Below, piece after piece: positions 22,701-31,437 of a DNA stretch of 64,000 nucleotides (position 1 is its first letter; each line of letters opens with the position of its first letter). The translations under genes were made by a program, and so were the position numbers. The notes under the pieces were generated by a model. It made no database searches, was not told where the DNA came from, and saw only the letters and a program-made list of their open reading frames with translations. This stretch comes from a virus (lineage: Duplodnaviria > Heunggongvirae > Uroviricota > Caudoviricetes), in the IMG/VR virus record IMGVR_UViG_3300021387_000463, positions 43,001 to 107,000 of that record; one strand, 5' to 3'.

Positions 22701-23415
22701 TGGATTTATGTGTTCTGAAGGTGATAACAACTACGAAGAGTTCAAGAAAATAACTACAGATGACGGTGACACCAATTATTTTATTATTGGTGATTTCTCC
22801 CAGTCAAATAGAATATATGATGCTACGCATGCATCTGGTGGTTGGAAACGTCTCAAGAATAGTGACAAGGAGTATAAGATGCTAAGTACCATTATTAATG
22901 ACAACAAGGGTAATAACCCTCACAATGGTATGATGCAATATGACAATGGACAAGAATACTTCGAGTATTTCAAGCAGTTGTTCAAATATGCGGTTGAGAA
23001 TGATATGTTTGATGAAAGATGCTATGATGACTACGACTACGCTAAAGACATTGATATTAGCACTAAGGGATGGGGTTCTGAGAACTTTGCTTATGCTAAA
23101 GACGTATACAGTTCAGCATCAACATATACATCATATGATGTTAATGGTGAAACAAGAAAATGGGGTAAGACTAGTGGTATAACAGTAAACTACAAGAACA
23201 GTAAGATATGGCCTTATGTCAATGGTAATAAAGATACCATTACAAACAAGAAAATTAACACCAAAGTAATAACCATTACTTTCAGGCTACACTATCCTAT
23301 TAGTGATTCTAAGGGTGTTAGTGAGCTTAAGTATATAGATGATATTGTGTTGAATTACCTAACACAGATGATACCATCAACAGCAATATTACACATAAAG
23401 TATGAAATGAGATAA
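19783..23415 (+). CDS. Baseplate protein, possibly T4 gp7 / P2 gpI-like (1210 aa)
   Basis: Contains RRLKLNSRAIWRHKGTLDGIDMILSLFG, resembling the KGT..GI..ll..fG motif of tail-I/gp7-like wedge proteins. Confidence 0.55.
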   Translation: MPQYIKSHSNYVLKSKHQTLADGSTIFERDITTIGGLNQFAPGQTPIYRSNNFIITVRDDGGISNQYNRKKWTQNTKSGDTWTMTSLEGMVSDGSDQDDTKIVLKQDYYDFRDFCYYGSLAEMFRASITDIIARFPGELYGTTDNVYYTETETVDGSLIETRKKLGGESNNYKYVVNPFGIDIHSKTAPKDANPLKYFANDGYKNYNYINGSTKTQVTWTTTYEDKDCYTKGDKLATITINGVTIYAYLGDDNIVYYLSASSGFHIRPKDELISAFYEECDNFQKLILNPKTNYKATFSVIEETDEGFTRKFEDFIFPTSEGNYNIDASSYGFNTYTTRLSQIGEFYDELFTDNLYRSMTHEAIKNFDWTYTREYIQGDEEEYVLGGQKMQKALRVFAREFDEILAYINNIKNLNRVTYDERGNLPDYFLTDTVENEGWNVVLVTPYYTDSAITKINDCNDIPIKFTQPSGTVKPYDIPNEKAYFLTCCGGGTQPCEYNGSQYTFIEAGANEFTKFDSCNGALRNRIKRYTDDEEYTYHDANNEFLRRLKLNSRAIWRHKGTLDGIDMILSLFGMRSKKFCDDLHEYYNCKNFNYDYDVTEYATSVSAPICDSWDAVHQMYHIDWINSTKTITYDYRSLSNYNRGADGVTYLPYQGLPVSYVTNGHFNARNVRKDICPDDPIDYIIDKRDNTIRIECNGQSYKVADINGDIFVLGTSTYVISGDYIKDDEGSKIKITWDERYLYPNFNHYEQYDGNPYFQMKGGWLDKEISSKYFQFNVDDYIVFAKQFEYYIIYNNSKYDVDDSNFTCQIGTEIYNVYYLKNGVETKVTTVSELVKNSYVKIDDETYKVKIKDNRIYKETVRNIRRFDTIQDMLAVPSYEIHDNQIVYVTKIQSNNCVLDGVVYEIKKDSFCKKGEEGYIELVKQNGVVKAGDDLYFTEYVTVYNRDKSPQSYYLNTIPNGQTIKAYITEYGGFMCSEGDNNYEEFKKITTDDGDTNYFIIGDFSQSNRIYDATHASGGWKRLKNSDKEYKMLSTIINDNKGNNPHNGMMQYDNGQEYFEYFKQLFKYAVENDMFDERCYDDYDYAKDIDISTKGWGSENFAYAKDVYSSASTYTSYDVNGETRKWGKTSGITVNYKNSKIWPYVNGNKDTITNKKINTKVITITFRLHYPISDSKGVSELKYIDDIVLNYLTQMIPSTAILHIKYEMR

Positions 23416-23420
23416 CAAGT

Positions 23421-25766
23421 ATGGCAACAGTAACATATAGTGTTAAAGATACGGAGATAAAAGTTAATGTTGGTGCTAAAGATACTAGTGCCTCAATTTG
23501 CTGGATTGGTATCACTAAAACAGTAGATGACTGTTGGACTAGTTCAGAAGAGGGTTCTTTTTGTGAATCTGTATATATTGGTGAAAACACTGATTGTACT
23601 AACGATAAAGTTTATACTGGAACATTCTTATGGCATGGTATCACAATTAATTATACTATAACTCAATCTCATGCAGACTGTCCTCCATGTCCTTCTTACT
23701 CAGATTGTGAAATTGTAGATTATTTACTTGAACCATATTATCTTCCATATGCAACCAAAACTGACGCAAAAATATATTATCAATATTGGCTTTATTCTGT
23801 TGATGATGATTGTAATATAATTAGGACATTACAATCTAGTTCAACTACAATTTCATTTTCAAGTGCTGATACCAAGATAGGTTGTGATGCGGAATCTAGA
23901 ACTATAGAAAGTGCTGTTACGCTTGCTTGTGATGAAACATTAGATTTGGAGTGGTATGTACAGAAACCAGACATGTGTTGTGATGACCCAAGCAAGAAGA
24001 CTTGCTATGTCATAAACGATATAGTTTATTCTCCTTCAATTGTTCCATCTAGCGGAGCTGATGTCTCCTATTACTTTGACTATAAAAAAATTGAAACCGA
24101 GAATTGTATAGAGACAATCACCTTCGGTAGATATGAAGGTGTGTGGAAAATCGAAAAATGTGACAGTGACTCAAGCAAAGCTCCGCAAAGATGCTGTAGA
24201 AACCATATTGAAAAGGAAATATTGTCTGCATTGACTACTGATTGGGGTGACGATAAAGTATTGTGTAATGGTGGATTAGTAAAAAACACTGAGTTGTCAA
24301 TCATACAAACAAAAGACCCAACATATACTAATTGTAGCAACGTTTGTGAACAAGATACTGGTTATTGTGTCTCTTATACTAGTATCACCACATATTATAA
24401 GGATGAAAACGATGAGTGGAAACGTTGGGGACAATGGACTAACAACGAAGATAAATGGACATGGCTTGACCCAAACTACGAATTACCTTATTTCGGTGGA
24501 AACATGAGGGTAACTTGGACATATTCAGCCTATACGGTATATGAAGACTGCACAACTGGTATGACAAGTGGTAGTGAATGGGAAGATATTCTAGATATTT
24601 TACCATATCAAGGAGATTGCTTTGATGAACTTAAGAACCAATGTGGTATCATATCAATAAAAAGCGAAGAAGCAAATAGATGTGATGGAGGTACAACCAA
24701 ATTCGAATTTGCCATTAATGAGAATGTGGAACCAGATTATGTGATATATCCAATTAAGTATATCTTTAAGAAAGCACCGTGTGAGCTGACTGATAAGGAT
24801 AAATTCCCAGAGACAATTGGTAATCTATGTGACACTAGAGAAACTGAAGACAATGGAGATTGTAATAAGTTTACCATAAAATACAAACAGAAGAAAACCA
24901 TCTGTGATGATGACTGTGATAGTTGTATTGAACCACATGAAGAAGGGGTATTTGTTTGTAGCAAGTGTGGATATAAGATTGGAGCATATGAAGACGAAAG
25001 TCATAAGATGAAACCTTATGCTGATAAATGCCCAATATGTGAAACCACATTTAGAACTGGAGAAACAGAAACTGACTATCAAGTCTTGAGTGATAGCATG
25101 ACATATTACTTGCCAAGCGCACTTACTGATAAGAAATTCACTGATTCAGATTGCTATGATACAACATGTACTCTAAAGCTTATTGATAAACCATTCTGGG
25201 TTACAGCAGTTACCGTTAATGAAGGTTCTATTACATATGAGGTAGAAGATAACACTGGTTCTGACCGTGAAGGTGGCGTTACATTCCAACTCAATGGAAG
25301 AGATTGCTACGACACAGTTTTACTATCACAATATGGTACTAGAGAGAGTGTTGACCCACATGGAGAAGACCCAGATGTACCATGTGATTGTGAAAATGCA
25401 TTCTTTGACGCATATCCACTAAACGGAAAGATAACAGGTAAGGCTACTCAACATGTCATTATTGGCAGTTATTCTTATGATGATTGTATAACAGATGTAA
25501 ATCCTAGTGGAACAGCACCAAATTGGCTTTCAAATATAAGTTGTAATGATGGATATATTTATGCTGATGTTGCTGATGGTAGTACTACTGAAGAGAGAGC
25601 TGGTTCTGTAACCGTCACTTATTCTGTTGATGAAGATGAATGTTCATCTAAGACGATAGCAGTTAAGCAAAAGAAGAAGGGTGAAGGTGGTGACTGTGAT
25701 ATTGATTTGATAGTTGGTGGTGACACTTGTCCAGGTGGTGAGGTTACAATTACAGTTAATTTTTAA
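23421..25766 (+). CDS. Cys-rich putative tail/surface protein with two C-terminal BACON-like domains
   Basis: PFWVTAVTVNEGSITYEVEDNTGSDREGGVTF and PNWLSNISCNDGYIYADVADGSTTEERAGSVTV match the W...N....R.g.i BACON pattern. Very high Cys content; CSKC...CPIC pair. Confidence 0.6.
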   Translation: MATVTYSVKDTEIKVNVGAKDTSASICWIGITKTVDDCWTSSEEGSFCESVYIGENTDCTNDKVYTGTFLWHGITINYTITQSHADCPPCPSYSDCEIVDYLLEPYYLPYATKTDAKIYYQYWLYSVDDDCNIIRTLQSSSTTISFSSADTKIGCDAESRTIESAVTLACDETLDLEWYVQKPDMCCDDPSKKTCYVINDIVYSPSIVPSSGADVSYYFDYKKIETENCIETITFGRYEGVWKIEKCDSDSSKAPQRCCRNHIEKEILSALTTDWGDDKVLCNGGLVKNTELSIIQTKDPTYTNCSNVCEQDTGYCVSYTSITTYYKDENDEWKRWGQWTNNEDKWTWLDPNYELPYFGGNMRVTWTYSAYTVYEDCTTGMTSGSEWEDILDILPYQGDCFDELKNQCGIISIKSEEANRCDGGTTKFEFAINENVEPDYVIYPIKYIFKKAPCELTDKDKFPETIGNLCDTRETEDNGDCNKFTIKYKQKKTICDDDCDSCIEPHEEGVFVCSKCGYKIGAYEDESHKMKPYADKCPICETTFRTGETETDYQVLSDSMTYYLPSALTDKKFTDSDCYDTTCTLKLIDKPFWVTAVTVNEGSITYEVEDNTGSDREGGVTFQLNGRDCYDTVLLSQYGTRESVDPHGEDPDVPCDCENAFFDAYPLNGKITGKATQHVIIGSYSYDDCITDVNPSGTAPNWLSNISCNDGYIYADVADGSTTEERAGSVTVTYSVDEDECSSKTIAVKQKKKGEGGDCDIDLIVGGDTCPGGEVTITVNF

Positions 25767-25778
25767 CATATAAAAGTT

Positions 25779-26366
25779 ATGGTTGAAATTGAAGGAAAAA
25801 AAGGTGATTACGAATTAGACCTTAATGATAGTTTTGAAACTGAATATTATCTAACAATCGATTCAAGGAATGAGGCTGAAAAACTCATTCCTTGGTCGGT
25901 TACATTATGTTCAAACGAATCAATAAAGATTAAAACTGAGGGTGTTGATAAACTTCATCTAACCTTTAACTTGGAGACTGTAAAACATCAAGAATACATC
26001 TTGCTTGAGAACTACAATAATGAAAAAGCCAAAATCGTTATAAACCCTAACCTTAAGGAATCAGCTCAGAAGGTATATACGTTTAGAGTGTATGGTTACA
26101 AGATAAGTGACAAGGATACCGTTGAATTCAAGGTAAAGTCTGAGTGCAATGGTGAGCCTATGCCTTGGAAATGCAGTTATGGTGGAAAACCATTTGAATA
26201 CCAGATTTCAAAAGAAGGCAAGAAGATTACATTTAAGCTGAAATCAGTTCCAAATGGTGACATCGTGGGATTCCTAAAGTTGCATCAAGAAAAAAGTGGC
26301 AAGGATATAAGCATACAACTATTACATCATACCGAAGAACAGATGAAAGTATTAAGGATTTATTAA
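25779..26366 (+). CDS. Two-repeat beta-sandwich (BACON/Ig-like) protein
   Basis: Internal repeat: IDSRNEAEKLIPWSV versus VKSECNGEPMPWKC; ends LKLHQEKSGKDISIQL. Confidence 0.5.
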   Translation: MVEIEGKKGDYELDLNDSFETEYYLTIDSRNEAEKLIPWSVTLCSNESIKIKTEGVDKLHLTFNLETVKHQEYILLENYNNEKAKIVINPNLKESAQKVYTFRVYGYKISDKDTVEFKVKSECNGEPMPWKCSYGGKPFEYQISKEGKKITFKLKSVPNGDIVGFLKLHQEKSGKDISIQLLHHTEEQMKVLRIY

Positions 26367-26371
26367 AAAGT

Positions 26372-26410
26372 AAAAAAGCTGACTAACTAGAAGTTAATCA
26401 GCTTTTCTTT
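26372..26410. terminator. Bidirectional intrinsic terminator between convergent genes
   Basis: AAAAGCTGA-CTAACTAGAAGTTAA-TCAGCTTTT with an A-run before and a T-run after; overlaps the stop of the minus-strand gene. Confidence 0.75.
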
Positions 26411-27214
26411 GTCTTCATCGACATCATCGATATTGTTTATCTCGACATCGTAAAGACTGTAATCATTATCAACATCAATAAACTTATAAGACATATCTTC
26501 GAGATTCCACACTGCAAATCCATGCTGAGAAACGGTTTCCCCATAGGATTGCTGTATAAGCGAACCAGGATATACAACCTCTGCATCACCGCACTTGAGC
26601 ACTTGGCGTTTGTGAAGATGACCAGCCATTACGCAGTCACATCCCTCAAATGCAGAACCATCAAGGCCACTGTCTGATACATAACCGTTATTAAGTGTAG
26701 AACCAATTATTTGGCCATGAAACAATCCAATGAATCTTGCATTTGGGTTTGCTTCCCTTGTCTCTTCAATGGTTGTAGGTCTCATGAAGTCATCATATAT
26801 TGAATATAAGCACCACACAACATTTTCATCGATTGCGCACCCACTCTTATATTCTAGCACGGCATCCAAGAACTTGCAGTTTTGGAAGTCTGCCGTATCA
26901 AACAATGCTGTCATTGTGTCAGTACGTGCTTGATTCTCTACGATTAGGTCATGATTTCCAGCTATAACGATAACGGTTGCAATCTCCTCAAGTTGTCTTA
27001 GGAAATAACTTGTAAACACCATAAGTTCGTTTGATATGGTATTCTTATTATTGAATAAATCTCCGCAGATTACAATTCTCACTTCATCTTTTTTATAGTC
27101 CTTTGCAATCTCTTTACAATTCTCAATAAAAGGTTCTAATATTTCAGCGTATTCATCTAAACGCTTGTATTGTCTAATATGTATATCAGCTATCTGAATA
27201 ACTAATTTTATCAT
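26387..27214 (-). CDS. Calcineurin-like metallophosphoesterase, SbcD/Mre11 (T4 gp47)-like nuclease
   Basis: ADIH, CGDLF, AGNHD, FHG and AGHLH motifs, plus YPGSLIQQSYGE. Confidence 0.85.
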   Translation of the reverse strand: MIKLVIQIADIHIRQYKRLDEYAEILEPFIENCKEIAKDYKKDEVRIVICGDLFNNKNTISNELMVFTSYFLRQLEEIATVIVIAGNHDLIVENQARTDTMTALFDTADFQNCKFLDAVLEYKSGCAIDENVVWCLYSIYDDFMRPTTIEETREANPNARFIGLFHGQIIGSTLNNGYVSDSGLDGSAFEGCDCVMAGHLHKRQVLKCGDAEVVYPGSLIQQSYGETVSQHGFAVWNLEDMSYKFIDVDNDYSLYDVEINNIDDVDEDKEKLINF

Positions 27215-27231
27215 TTTTTATTTATTTTTTG

Positions 27232-27263
27232 CAAAGATATATAAAAAAAGTTAAAATTCCAAA
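27232..27263 (-). promoter_or_regulatory. Bacteroidota primary-sigma promoter for the metallophosphoesterase gene
   Basis: Minus strand reads TTTG-N20-TATCTTTG. Confidence 0.75.
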
Positions 27264-27728
27264 TTATTCGTGGGTAAGTTCTCCAAGAACGTCACCATAT
27301 TCTTTTAACCTGAAGTTATAATCCTCAATTAATCTCTTCATCATGTCTTGGTCATATACCCTACCATTGGTGTTCTTTATATCAAAATTCGCTTTTATAG
27401 GTACAATTCTTGCATTAAAATAGAATGGGTTATCCTTCAATGATTCAATAACCCTCATTTTATCCTCACAGATGCCCTTAAAAGCCTCTGTGTCGGCTTC
27501 GGATAGTTCAAACCACTCACCAATAATGGCTTTATCTCCAAAGTGATTGTGGAGCATTTTTTCAAGCTTGAAAGGATGAGCTGTCTCGAAACTATCCTTG
27601 ATGTATAGAAGGGATGAGTTGCCAGTTTGAAGCTGCTTCAGTCTCTTGTCAACGCTCTTGGCTCTAGTTGAGCCAATCTTGTATTTTCCCTCATTACCGA
27701 TTTCTCCAATTAAATATACATATCCCAT
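27264..27728 (-). CDS. GIY-YIG (T5orf172/MUG113-like) nuclease domain fused to a truncated prohead-protease fragment
   Basis: GYVYLI...YKIGST...RLKQLQTGN...GEWF in aa 1-104; C-terminal NTNGRVY...LGELTH resembles T4 gp21 NRNKRLY...LGELNH. Confidence 0.75.
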   Translation of the reverse strand: MGYVYLIGEIGNEGKYKIGSTRAKSVDKRLKQLQTGNSSLLYIKDSFETAHPFKLEKMLHNHFGDKAIIGEWFELSEADTEAFKGICEDKMRVIESLKDNPFYFNARIVPIKANFDIKNTNGRVYDQDMMKRLIEDYNFRLKEYGDVLGELTHE

Positions 27729-27823
27729 ATATAAAATATAATGATTTTATCACTATTTTTCAAGTATTTGGATATAATTTATATAAACCATACAAAGCAC
27801 CATAAAACTTTTATTTTGATGCG

Positions 27824-27834
27824 ATATTTATTAT
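27824..27834 (+). promoter_or_regulatory. Candidate phage late-promoter motif (RTATTTATW)
   Basis: ATATTTATTAT upstream of the tail fibre. The same motif occurs at 41532, 58158 and (minus strand) 48794. Confidence 0.45.
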
Positions 27835-27905
27835 AAAAAAATAATGCTAAGCAAGTCTTTACTTGCTTTTCTTTTAATAACTTATTTAAGTAAAAAATTA
27901 ACATT

Positions 27906-30900
27906 ATGGCAAAAGACAGAAAAAAGGTGATTCATATCCACAGCAGTATTGAGGATAGGCAACCTACACCAGCAACACTTGAGGTTGGTGAAATCGCAGT
28001 GAATAACGCTGCAAACAAAGAATTCATTTCACTAAAGAACTCATTAGACAAAGTTGTTAGATTCTCTTCAGATGAACAGATGATTACTTGGGGAGAAAAA
28101 AAGGAGGTTATACCTTACAGTGGTACAGTTGATAATGTACACCTTGATGCCAACAGGTCTAACATTGAAATCAAACTTAACCAAGTTGTTTCAAAGAATA
28201 CAGTAAAATATGATAAGGTTAATGGTGCTATTGATATTGATGGTCAACCAGTGAATCCGTCAGATGATGAAGGCTTGACAAATGGCGCAGGATTTGCTAT
28301 TGATATGTCACAATATGCTATGATTGGTGCAAACCCATCATTTAGTTCTGTTACTGTAACACATCAGTCTAACTTGAGTGGTACTACAAACATATCAAAT
28401 GGTGATGGCGGTGCTGTTCTTAACATTACCACAACAGATGTCAATGCAACTAATACCAATTGGAAAGAGACAATCACAAACAAGACATCAACTGTAACGA
28501 ATGAGACAGATAAGATTACCACTCTTAATGCATCTGCGACCACAGCAAATGTAAGCGGTAATACACTTGACATTATTGAGAATACAAGTGTTACTGTTAA
28601 GACTCCAACTACAACTATTAGTGGTGCTACATTAGTGGCAGACGAGAGCACTAGTATCTCTGCAAAGACCCCTACTACAACGTTGAGTGGTACTAGTTTG
28701 AATGTAACAGAAACAACTAGTACAATTAACAGCACTAATACTAACCTTACTGGTACGAATCTTAATTTAAGTGAAATCAACACCACAATCAATTCTTGTG
28801 GAAAGGTAGAGATTACAACAGATAAGTATACACTTAAGCAGTGCAGCACAAGCGGTGGTACAGCAGAGTTTGAGTTCTGTAATGGCTATACCGTAAAGAG
28901 TAATGCTATTAACCTACAACAATGCGGAACAGCAGGTACTATCAACATTACTTCTCAGATGCAGAACATCAATGGCGGAAACCTTACTGTAAATGAGAGT
29001 GGAAATACTGCAATTAATACAGTAGGTACAACCAACATCAAGTCTACTGGTAATACCAATGTGGAGACCAATGGTGATAATAACAAGGTTACAATCCAAT
29101 CTAGTGGAAATGGTGGTGATGTGGAAGTATTTGCTAAGGATACACTATGTATGAGCGGAGGCACTATTGCTGCAATGGTAGGTACGACAAAGACCAATAT
29201 CGGTAAGAACTGTGCAGATGGTGGTCAGACCACAACGCTTAACCTTAATGGTACTACAATTAATGAGACTGGTGGAACAGTTAATATCACATCAACCAAT
29301 AACACTAATATAAGTGCAAAGGATTTCTGTGTTAAGGGTTCTACAAGTGCTAGTATTGGTGCTCCTACTACAAATATCGGTAAGGCTTGTGATAATTCTA
29401 CAGCAACTACTATTAATATTAGCGGTACTACTATTAATGAAGGTGGAACAACCAATAACAATAATTTCACCACTATTAATAATACTGCTACTACCATTAA
29501 CAATAAGGCTAACTTCAATATTACTGGTACAACTTACATCAGTGGTAATACCACCATAAGTGGTGATACAACGATAGGAGGTAAACTATATCTAAAGCCA
29601 GATTGTACTACTATAACTTCTACTACTGTCAATGCAGGACTTTGCGAAGTACTAAACAGAAGTGCTATTACTATTGAGAAAAATACTAGCCCTTCTGACC
29701 CACAACTTGCAACGATTTATACCATAAAACAAAATGACGCTGTTATTAATACTATTGAGGTAGCAAAAGACCAGTTCTTGAAAAATGCAGAGGTGGTTAA
29801 GAATACTTCTGGCGAATGGGTAATAAGACTAACTTGGTGGATATATGACCCAGATAGTGGCACTCATACAACAGCAACAACAGATGTTAATGCAAGTGAA
29901 TTAGTTAAGGATTTAACTGCTGTAAATCCAACAGATAATGGTACAGCTGCAAATCATAATGTTAAAGTGTCTTCTTGGTACGATAGCACAAGTGGAGATA
30001 TGAAATTCTCTGCTGAAACAACTCCAAACATGCATGTTACTAATATGTACGCTAGTAATACTGTTAGTGGTGCTACCGTAAGTGGTACAACTGTAAAAGG
30101 AGCAACCGTAAGTGCTGGAACTCTTACCGCTACTGGTAATACAACGCTTGCTGCTACAACTGCTTCTTCAATAAGTGCTACAAGCGTTTCATCTCCTACT
30201 ATTAGTGGTACTAATATCACAGCATCTGCTGCAATGAGGGCTAACAATGTAAGTGCAAGCACAATTAGTGCTACTACTTTCACAGGAGCGATGTCAAAGA
30301 AACTTACTTGGGAAAGTGGGACTTTTACTGCTGATACGACAGGATATAATGGTTCTGCTGATAAGGTAATTACCATTCCAACAAGCACAGAACACCTTAC
30401 AAGAGGTAAACTAACTGTTACACATAATGGTCTATCAGAGACATATGACCCAGCAACCGACAAATCGATGACATTGCCTCACAGTGCTTTGACTTGGCAA
30501 TATGGCAGTGTAACTGGTGCATCTAACGACTCTTATAACACAAGTGCAGGCAAAACTGTAACGATTCCAAAGAACCTTAAGCATTTGGTAAATGACTTAA
30601 GTAATTTGACATTTAACACTGGTACAACAAGTATTGCTGGTAGCCCTTATAATGGTAGCGCAGCAAAGACTATTACAATACCAGCAAAACTTTCTCATTT
30701 GACAAATGACTTAAGTAATTTAACTGTTAACTTTGGTACAGCAACAGGGCAGACAGCAGCTGCTACATATAATGGTAGTGCTGCTACAAGTATTACAATA
30801 CCAACAAGCACAGCACATCTTACAAAATCTACATTAACGATAGATTATGGTGATGTGTATGGTAAAACTGATACTAGCTATGATACCACAGCAGCTAGAA

Positions 30901-31361
30901 CAATTACCGTACCAGACTCATTGGCTAATGTAAGTCATCAGATGGTTGTTGATTCAACTCCTGCTAGTACTAGTGGTACTATTACGATTAAGAAACCAAT
31001 TAGCGTAAATGGTACTATTACTGCAACAGGTGCTATCTATTCATCAGACATTAACTTGAAGGAAAATGTTGAATATGTCAGTGAGGAAAATTTGATAAAA
31101 GCAAAGAACATTTTGTTTAGGTCATTTAACTTTAAGGATGACGATAGTAAGAGGAAGACCTATGGCGTTATTGCCCAAGAGATACTAGCAGCTGGCCTTG
31201 ACGAGTTAGTTCACGTTAAAGAAGATGGAATGCTTGGCGTTGACTACATATCTCTTCTTACATTGAAACTTGCTTCACTTGAGTATACCAACACGCTTTA
31301 TGGTGAAAGAATTGAAGAACTTGAAAATAAAATCAAGGAGTTGGAGAGTAAAATTCAATAA
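27906..31361 (+). CDS. Tail fibre with a C-terminal intramolecular chaperone (peptidase S74)
   Basis: N-terminal LEVGEIAVN anchor motif; T/N/S/G-rich repeats; YNGSAxKTITIP repeats; S-D cleavage motif SSDINLKENV at about 31044; YGVIAQE; terminal coiled coil. Confidence 0.85.
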   Translation: MAKDRKKVIHIHSSIEDRQPTPATLEVGEIAVNNAANKEFISLKNSLDKVVRFSSDEQMITWGEKKEVIPYSGTVDNVHLDANRSNIEIKLNQVVSKNTVKYDKVNGAIDIDGQPVNPSDDEGLTNGAGFAIDMSQYAMIGANPSFSSVTVTHQSNLSGTTNISNGDGGAVLNITTTDVNATNTNWKETITNKTSTVTNETDKITTLNASATTANVSGNTLDIIENTSVTVKTPTTTISGATLVADESTSISAKTPTTTLSGTSLNVTETTSTINSTNTNLTGTNLNLSEINTTINSCGKVEITTDKYTLKQCSTSGGTAEFEFCNGYTVKSNAINLQQCGTAGTINITSQMQNINGGNLTVNESGNTAINTVGTTNIKSTGNTNVETNGDNNKVTIQSSGNGGDVEVFAKDTLCMSGGTIAAMVGTTKTNIGKNCADGGQTTTLNLNGTTINETGGTVNITSTNNTNISAKDFCVKGSTSASIGAPTTNIGKACDNSTATTINISGTTINEGGTTNNNNFTTINNTATTINNKANFNITGTTYISGNTTISGDTTIGGKLYLKPDCTTITSTTVNAGLCEVLNRSAITIEKNTSPSDPQLATIYTIKQNDAVINTIEVAKDQFLKNAEVVKNTSGEWVIRLTWWIYDPDSGTHTTATTDVNASELVKDLTAVNPTDNGTAANHNVKVSSWYDSTSGDMKFSAETTPNMHVTNMYASNTVSGATVSGTTVKGATVSAGTLTATGNTTLAATTASSISATSVSSPTISGTNITASAAMRANNVSASTISATTFTGAMSKKLTWESGTFTADTTGYNGSADKVITIPTSTEHLTRGKLTVTHNGLSETYDPATDKSMTLPHSALTWQYGSVTGASNDSYNTSAGKTVTIPKNLKHLVNDLSNLTFNTGTTSIAGSPYNGSAAKTITIPAKLSHLTNDLSNLTVNFGTATGQTAAATYNGSAATSITIPTSTAHLTKSTLTIDYGDVYGKTDTSYDTTAARTITVPDSLANVSHQMVVDSTPASTSGTITIKKPISVNGTITATGAIYSSDINLKENVEYVSEENLIKAKNILFRSFNFKDDDSKRKTYGVIAQEILAAGLDELVHVKEDGMLGVDYISLLTLKLASLEYTNTLYGERIEELENKIKELESKIQ

Positions 31362-31437
31362 GTCAACTTAAAATAAGTGGTTTTTGGGGGTAGTTAATTC
31401 TACCCCATAACCACAATAAAAAAAATATAAGAATAAT

